In this document: one piece after another, positions 60,292-64,000 of the stretch
Position numbering within the stretch: the stretch's first letter is position 1
Layout: each line of letters begins with the position of its first letter
DNA from: Candidatus Coprenecus sp.
GTDB taxonomy: Bacteria > Bacteroidota > Bacteroidia > Bacteroidales > UBA932
Direction: 5' to 3'
DNA: 64,000 nucleotides
Assembly: GCA_045595965.1 (NCBI GenBank)
Contig: JAZOBN010000008.1
Coordinates: forward strand, 86,998 to 150,997
Notes under the pieces: generated by a model
Databases searched by the model: none
Seen by the model: the letters and a program-made list of their open reading frames with translations, nothing else
What the model was told of the DNA's origin: nothing
Translations under genes and position numbers: made by a program

Positions 60292-60588
60292 CTAACGGAG
60301 AACTACTTTATCTACAAGAGGTTCACCCAACACTTCATTGATCCTTTTCTGGATCAGCTGGGACTGGAAATACATCTGATTTGCAAGGATAGAGGAGTTC
60401 ATCGTGCAGAACAGAATCTTATCCTTATCCCTATAGAATTTTTTCACGGTACACCTCGCCGCCCTATTTCCCACCACTTCGTCCCAGGCCTGATACACCC
60501 TTACACTCTTCATCTGCTCTTCGATACCGAGTCTCTTTGTAAGCTCACTAATCAAGTCCCCCAACGGGATTGCATCTTGCCTCTTCAT
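60292..60588 (-). CDS. DUF721 (DciA-like) protein
   Basis: 98 aa. It sits in the usual position directly downstream of recF. The W..VVG motif is present (WDEVVGNRAA). Confidence 0.75.
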   Translation of the reverse strand: MKRQDAIPLGDLISELTKRLGIEEQMKSVRVYQAWDEVVGNRAARCTVKKFYRDKDKILFCTMNSSILANQMYFQSQLIQKRINEVLGEPLVDKVVLR

Positions 60589-60599
60589 ACCTGAGATTT

Positions 60600-61694
60600 T
60601 TACAATTCGGTGAAAGCTCCACCAGTCACTGTGAAGAACTTGCTGTGACTGTCAATCTTATTCACAAGTTCAGCTATCCTCACCTTGTTGCTGTCTGTAA
60701 CAAATATCTGTCCGAACCCCTCATTGCTGACCATATTGATCAGGTGTTCTACCCTCTTCATGTCGAGTTTGTCAAAAACATCATCCAGGAGGAGAATAGG
60801 TGAAAAACCATATATCTGCTTCATCATTGACAGTTGGGCCAATTTCAAAGAGATAAGGAAACTCTTCTGCTGCCCTTGTGAAGCACATTTTTTCAATGGA
60901 TAACTGCCCATATTGAATTGGTAATCATCTCTTTGAATACCCACTGAGGTATATTTGAGAGCAATATCCCTATTGAAAGAGAGGGATAGGAGCTCAGAGA
61001 GTTTTCCTTTGCTCAAATCGGAAATATATTCAAGTGAAACACACTCTTTGTCACCCGAAAGTTCTTTGTAAAAGAATGCAGACAACTCATTGAGAATATC
61101 TGCCAGTTCTCCCCTTTTCTTGTATATGTACTCCCCATCCCTGGCCAATTGTCCGGAGAATGCCTCCAGAAGTATCTCTGAAGGGGGAAGGTCACTTTTC
61201 AGTAGTTTATTTCTCTGAAGGAGGACCCTGTTGTAGGATTGCATTGCCCTGAGATATTGGGGATCTGTCTGTGAGAGGACAACATTCATAAAGCGTCTTC
61301 TCTCCTCCCCTGAGTCATGAATGAGGGAGGTGTCTGATGGAGAAATGACAACAATCGGTATATGCCCCACATGCTCGGAAATACGGCTATAGCACTTATC
61401 GTTTTTCTTGACCAACTTATCCCCATTGCTCCTCACACCGATGGAAATTTTCTCTTCACCACCATCCATTGCATAATATCCGCACAGCGCCGCCTCATTC
61501 TCCCCATAGGAATATGTAAATTTATCCGAAGTCTGGAGAAAGCTCTTTGTCATTGACAAATAGTAGATAGCATCAAGCAGATTTGTCTTCCCCTCCCCGT
61601 TGTCTCCGCAGATGCAGTTGATTGTGGGGGAGAAAGTCAGATCAGCTGATGCGATATTCTTGAAATGGGACAATATGACTCTTCTGATATACAT
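60600..61694 (-). CDS. recF: DNA replication and repair protein RecF
   Basis: 364 aa. Walker A GDNGEGKTNLLDAIYYL, signature SQGQQKS and Walker B LLLDDVFDKLD. Confidence 0.93.
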   Translation of the reverse strand: MYIRRVILSHFKNIASADLTFSPTINCICGDNGEGKTNLLDAIYYLSMTKSFLQTSDKFTYSYGENEAALCGYYAMDGGEEKISIGVRSNGDKLVKKNDKCYSRISEHVGHIPIVVISPSDTSLIHDSGEERRRFMNVVLSQTDPQYLRAMQSYNRVLLQRNKLLKSDLPPSEILLEAFSGQLARDGEYIYKKRGELADILNELSAFFYKELSGDKECVSLEYISDLSKGKLSELLSLSFNRDIALKYTSVGIQRDDYQFNMGSYPLKKCASQGQQKSFLISLKLAQLSMMKQIYGFSPILLLDDVFDKLDMKRVEHLINMVSNEGFGQIFVTDSNKVRIAELVNKIDSHSKFFTVTGGAFTEL

Positions 61695-61780
61695 TCCGAT
61701 TGAAATTTGAGTGCGAATATAGGAAATTCTGTCGAAACAATTGTTGATAAATTTTTTAGGTTTGTTTTCTTTGTTTTTGC

Positions 61781-61788
61781 TATATTTG
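61781..61788 (+). promoter_or_regulatory. -7 promoter box (TATATTTG) for the TPR protein gene
   Basis: Exact TAnnTTTG, 40 nt upstream of ATG 61829. Confidence 0.45.
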
Positions 61789-61828
61789 CGTGATATTTTG
61801 TGGAAAAATAATATTAAATCTAATTATA

Positions 61829-62515
61829 ATGGCAAAAAACGTTAAAAATCAGAATGTTGAAGCAGCTCAAAACATTGGTGAGGCAGTTTCAAAAACAGAG
61901 CAATTCTTCAAAAAGTACTCTAAAGTCATCATCTATTCAGGTGTTGGTCTTGTAGTTGTCGCAGCTATTATTTTGGCAACAATCCAGTTCTACATCAAAC
62001 CATTGCAGAAAGAGGCAATCGACCAATCATACGTTGCAGAGCAATATTTCCGTGGTGGAAACTATTTTGATGCACTGAACGGTGACGGCAGTGCAATGGG
62101 TATTGCTCAAATCATTGATGAATATGGCAAAAAAGCTGGTCAGGCTATGTATTTCTACGCAGGTGTCTGCGAACTTCACATCGGCAACTATGACAATGCT
62201 ATCTGGTATTTGAAGAAATACAACGGTAAAGACGAAATCATGAAAGCTCGTGCTTTGGCTTGCATCGGTGATGCATATGCATACAAGAGCGATTTTACCA
62301 CTGCCGCTTCATACTATGACAAAGCTGCAAACGAAGCTGACAACGCATATGCTGCAGGTTACCTTTTGAAAGCAGGTATCATGTACGAAGAGTTGCAGAA
62401 TGCAAGCAAGGCATTGAAAGTATACGAATCTATCAAAGAGAAATATCCTCAAACTCTTGAAGGGTACGAAATCGACAAATACATCCAAAGACTAAAAGAA
62501 CAACAAGCACTATAA
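61829..62515 (+). CDS. Membrane-anchored tetratricopeptide-repeat protein (YfgM-like)
   Basis: I use ATG 61829 (MAKNVKNQNVE...). Single TM helix (VIIYSGVGLVVVAAIILATIQFY) followed by TPR-like helices. Confidence 0.7.
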   Translation: MAKNVKNQNVEAAQNIGEAVSKTEQFFKKYSKVIIYSGVGLVVVAAIILATIQFYIKPLQKEAIDQSYVAEQYFRGGNYFDALNGDGSAMGIAQIIDEYGKKAGQAMYFYAGVCELHIGNYDNAIWYLKKYNGKDEIMKARALACIGDAYAYKSDFTTAASYYDKAANEADNAYAAGYLLKAGIMYEELQNASKALKVYESIKEKYPQTLEGYEIDKYIQRLKEQQAL

Positions 62516-62526
62516 TTATTTAAGGT

Positions 62527-63276
62527 ATGGGAAGAGCGTTTGAGTTCCGCAAGGAACGTAAATTTAAGCGTTGGGGTAATATGGCCCGCGTATTTACCAG
62601 AATTGGAAAAGAGATCACAATTGCTGCCAAAGCTGGAGGGTCCGACCCTGCTAACAACCCAAGGCTGAGAACACTTATTCAAACTGCACGCAGTGAGAAT
62701 ATGCCCAAGGAGAATATTGAAAGGGCAATCAAAAGGGCTGTTGAAAAAGATCAGGGAGATTACAAGGAGATCGTATACGAAGGTTACGGTCCTCACGGTA
62801 TTGCAATTCTGATTGAAACCGCTACAGACAACCACAACAGAACCGTTGCAAACATCAGAAGTTACTTCACAAAATTTGGCGGTGCACTTGGCACACAAGG
62901 TAGTGTTGAATTTATGTTTGACCGCATGTGTGTCTTCAAAGTAAACGGCAACAAAGAGGTCGACATGGAAGAACTCGAATTGGAACTTATCGATTTCAAT
63001 GTAGAGGATGTTTACATGAATGAAGAGGAGAAAGAGGATGGTTCTGTAGTTAAACAGATTGTTATTTACGGAGCATTCGAATCTTACGGTGCAATCCAGA
63101 AATATCTTGAAGAGAACGGTTTCGAAATCCTCTCAGGTGGATTTGAAAGGATTCCTAACGTTCCTTTGAAACCTCTTGGCGGTGAGCAGAAAGAGGCTCT
63201 TGACAAACTTCTTGAAAGAATTGAGAATGATGATGACGTACAGAACGTTTATCACACAATGACATCTGAAGAATAA
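62527..63276 (+). CDS. yebC: YebC/PmpR-family DNA-binding transcriptional regulator
   Basis: 249 aa. The N-terminus MGRAFEFRKERKFKRW...AAKAGGSDPANNPRLR is the family signature. Confidence 0.92.
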   Translation: MGRAFEFRKERKFKRWGNMARVFTRIGKEITIAAKAGGSDPANNPRLRTLIQTARSENMPKENIERAIKRAVEKDQGDYKEIVYEGYGPHGIAILIETATDNHNRTVANIRSYFTKFGGALGTQGSVEFMFDRMCVFKVNGNKEVDMEELELELIDFNVEDVYMNEEEKEDGSVVKQIVIYGAFESYGAIQKYLEENGFEILSGGFERIPNVPLKPLGGEQKEALDKLLERIENDDDVQNVYHTMTSEE

Positions 63277-63319
63277 TTAAGACAGTTAACTAAATTACTA
63301 AACTATAAAATAAATCATT

Positions 63320-63739
63320 ATGAATCTATCTCATATTGAGCACATTGGAATCGCAGTCAAATCTATCGAAGAGGCTCTTCCATATTATGAAAATGTACTT
63401 GGCCTTAAATGCTACGCTATTGAAGAGGTTGCTGACCAGAAAGTTAAGACCGCTTTCTTGAAAATCGGACAAACTAAAATTGAACTTTTGGAAAGCACAT
63501 CTCCTGACGGAACAATCGCAAGCTTCATTGAAAAAAGAGGTGAAGGTATCCACCACATCGCTTTCTCAGTAGCTGACGGTGTTCAGAATGCACTTGTAGA
63601 ACTTGAAGGCAAAGGTGTAAGACTTATCGACAAAGCTCCCCGTAAAGGTGCTGAAGGTCTTAACATCGCATTCCTTCACCCAAAATCAACTGTAGGTGTT
63701 CTTACTGAACTTTGTGAAAACCCTAACGAAACCAAATAA
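63320..63739 (+). CDS. mce: Methylmalonyl-CoA epimerase (VOC family)
   Basis: 139 aa. IEHIGIAVKSIEEALPYY and GIHHIAF motifs. It sits next to the carboxyltransferase gene. Confidence 0.85.
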   Translation: MNLSHIEHIGIAVKSIEEALPYYENVLGLKCYAIEEVADQKVKTAFLKIGQTKIELLESTSPDGTIASFIEKRGEGIHHIAFSVADGVQNALVELEGKGVRLIDKAPRKGAEGLNIAFLHPKSTVGVLTELCENPNETK

Positions 63740-63763
63740 AACAACAATATAAAATCAGATACT

Positions 63764-64000
63764 ATGAGCAAACAACTTGAACAAGTTAAAGCGCTGATTG
63801 AACTTCGTGAAAAGGCTCGCCTTGGTGGTGGTCAAAAAAGAATCGACTCTCAGCACGAAAAAGGTAAATTCACAGCTCGCGAAAGAATCCAGATGCTCCT
63901 TGACGAAGGTAGCTTCGAGGAATTCGATATGTTCGTGACTCACCGTTGTACTAACTTCGGAATGGAGAAAACTACATTCCTTGGTGATGGTGTTGTAACA
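63764..64000 (+). CDS. Methylmalonyl-CoA carboxyltransferase / acyl-CoA carboxylase beta subunit. Only the N-terminal 79 codons are present; the window edge cuts the rest.
   Basis: My translation from ATG 63764 is [79 protein letters not shown]. This is a typical carboxyltransferase N-terminus. Confidence 0.85.
   Translation, partial: MSKQLEQVKALIELREKARLGGGQKRIDSQHEKGKFTARERIQMLLDEGSFEEFDMFVTHRCTNFGMEKTTFLGDGVVT

Overview
The window is a densely coded chromosomal segment of about 57 protein-coding genes with gaps of 253 bp or less. It looks like a Bacteroidales (Bacteroidota) genome. The evidence is many exact TAnnTTTG -7 promoter boxes and no obvious Shine-Dalgarno use. It also carries Bacteroidales-typical families: DUF3575/DUF3868/FimB-Mfa2 fimbrial lipoproteins, a FISUMP domain, DUF349 and DUF4301. 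Most of it is housekeeping. This includes metX-thrA-metY, clpB, gap, surE-lpxB-dapF, DUF349-yidC-yggS, trmD, lysA-ffh-folD, recF-DUF721-pdxB, yebC, and the methylmalonyl-CoA epimerase and carboxyltransferase genes. I found no rRNA or tRNA genes, no CRISPR array, and no transposase, integrase or phage genes. I recognise no known defence system. The most accessory-looking part is 50.3-59.3 kb. It holds a tightly packed five-gene lipoprotein operon that resembles a type V (Mfa/Fim-like) pilus locus: a DUF3575 barrel, a DUF3868/OmpA-like protein, a fimbrillin-like protein, a FimB/Mfa2-like protein and a 996-aa multi-Ig protein. Two uncharacterised secreted proteins converge on it. Other points worth a second look: a tandem triplication of signal-peptide-bearing C1B (PepC-like) aminopeptidases; a ClpB that lacks its N-terminal domain; a sensor-like 4-helix-bundle/HAMP stub protein coupled to TrkH with no TrkA nearby; an SPFH-Arc(RHH)-hydrolase-NhaC operon containing an unlisted 57-codon gene; a structured leader with an attenuator-like hairpin upstream of metX; a 41-codon ORF in front of a chimeric fimbrillin/Big_2/FISUMP lipoprotein; and a Tat-DUF362 plus NapH-like polyferredoxin pair. 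All functional calls come from reading motifs in the translations. No database search was run. I cannot show that any of these is truly undescribed.
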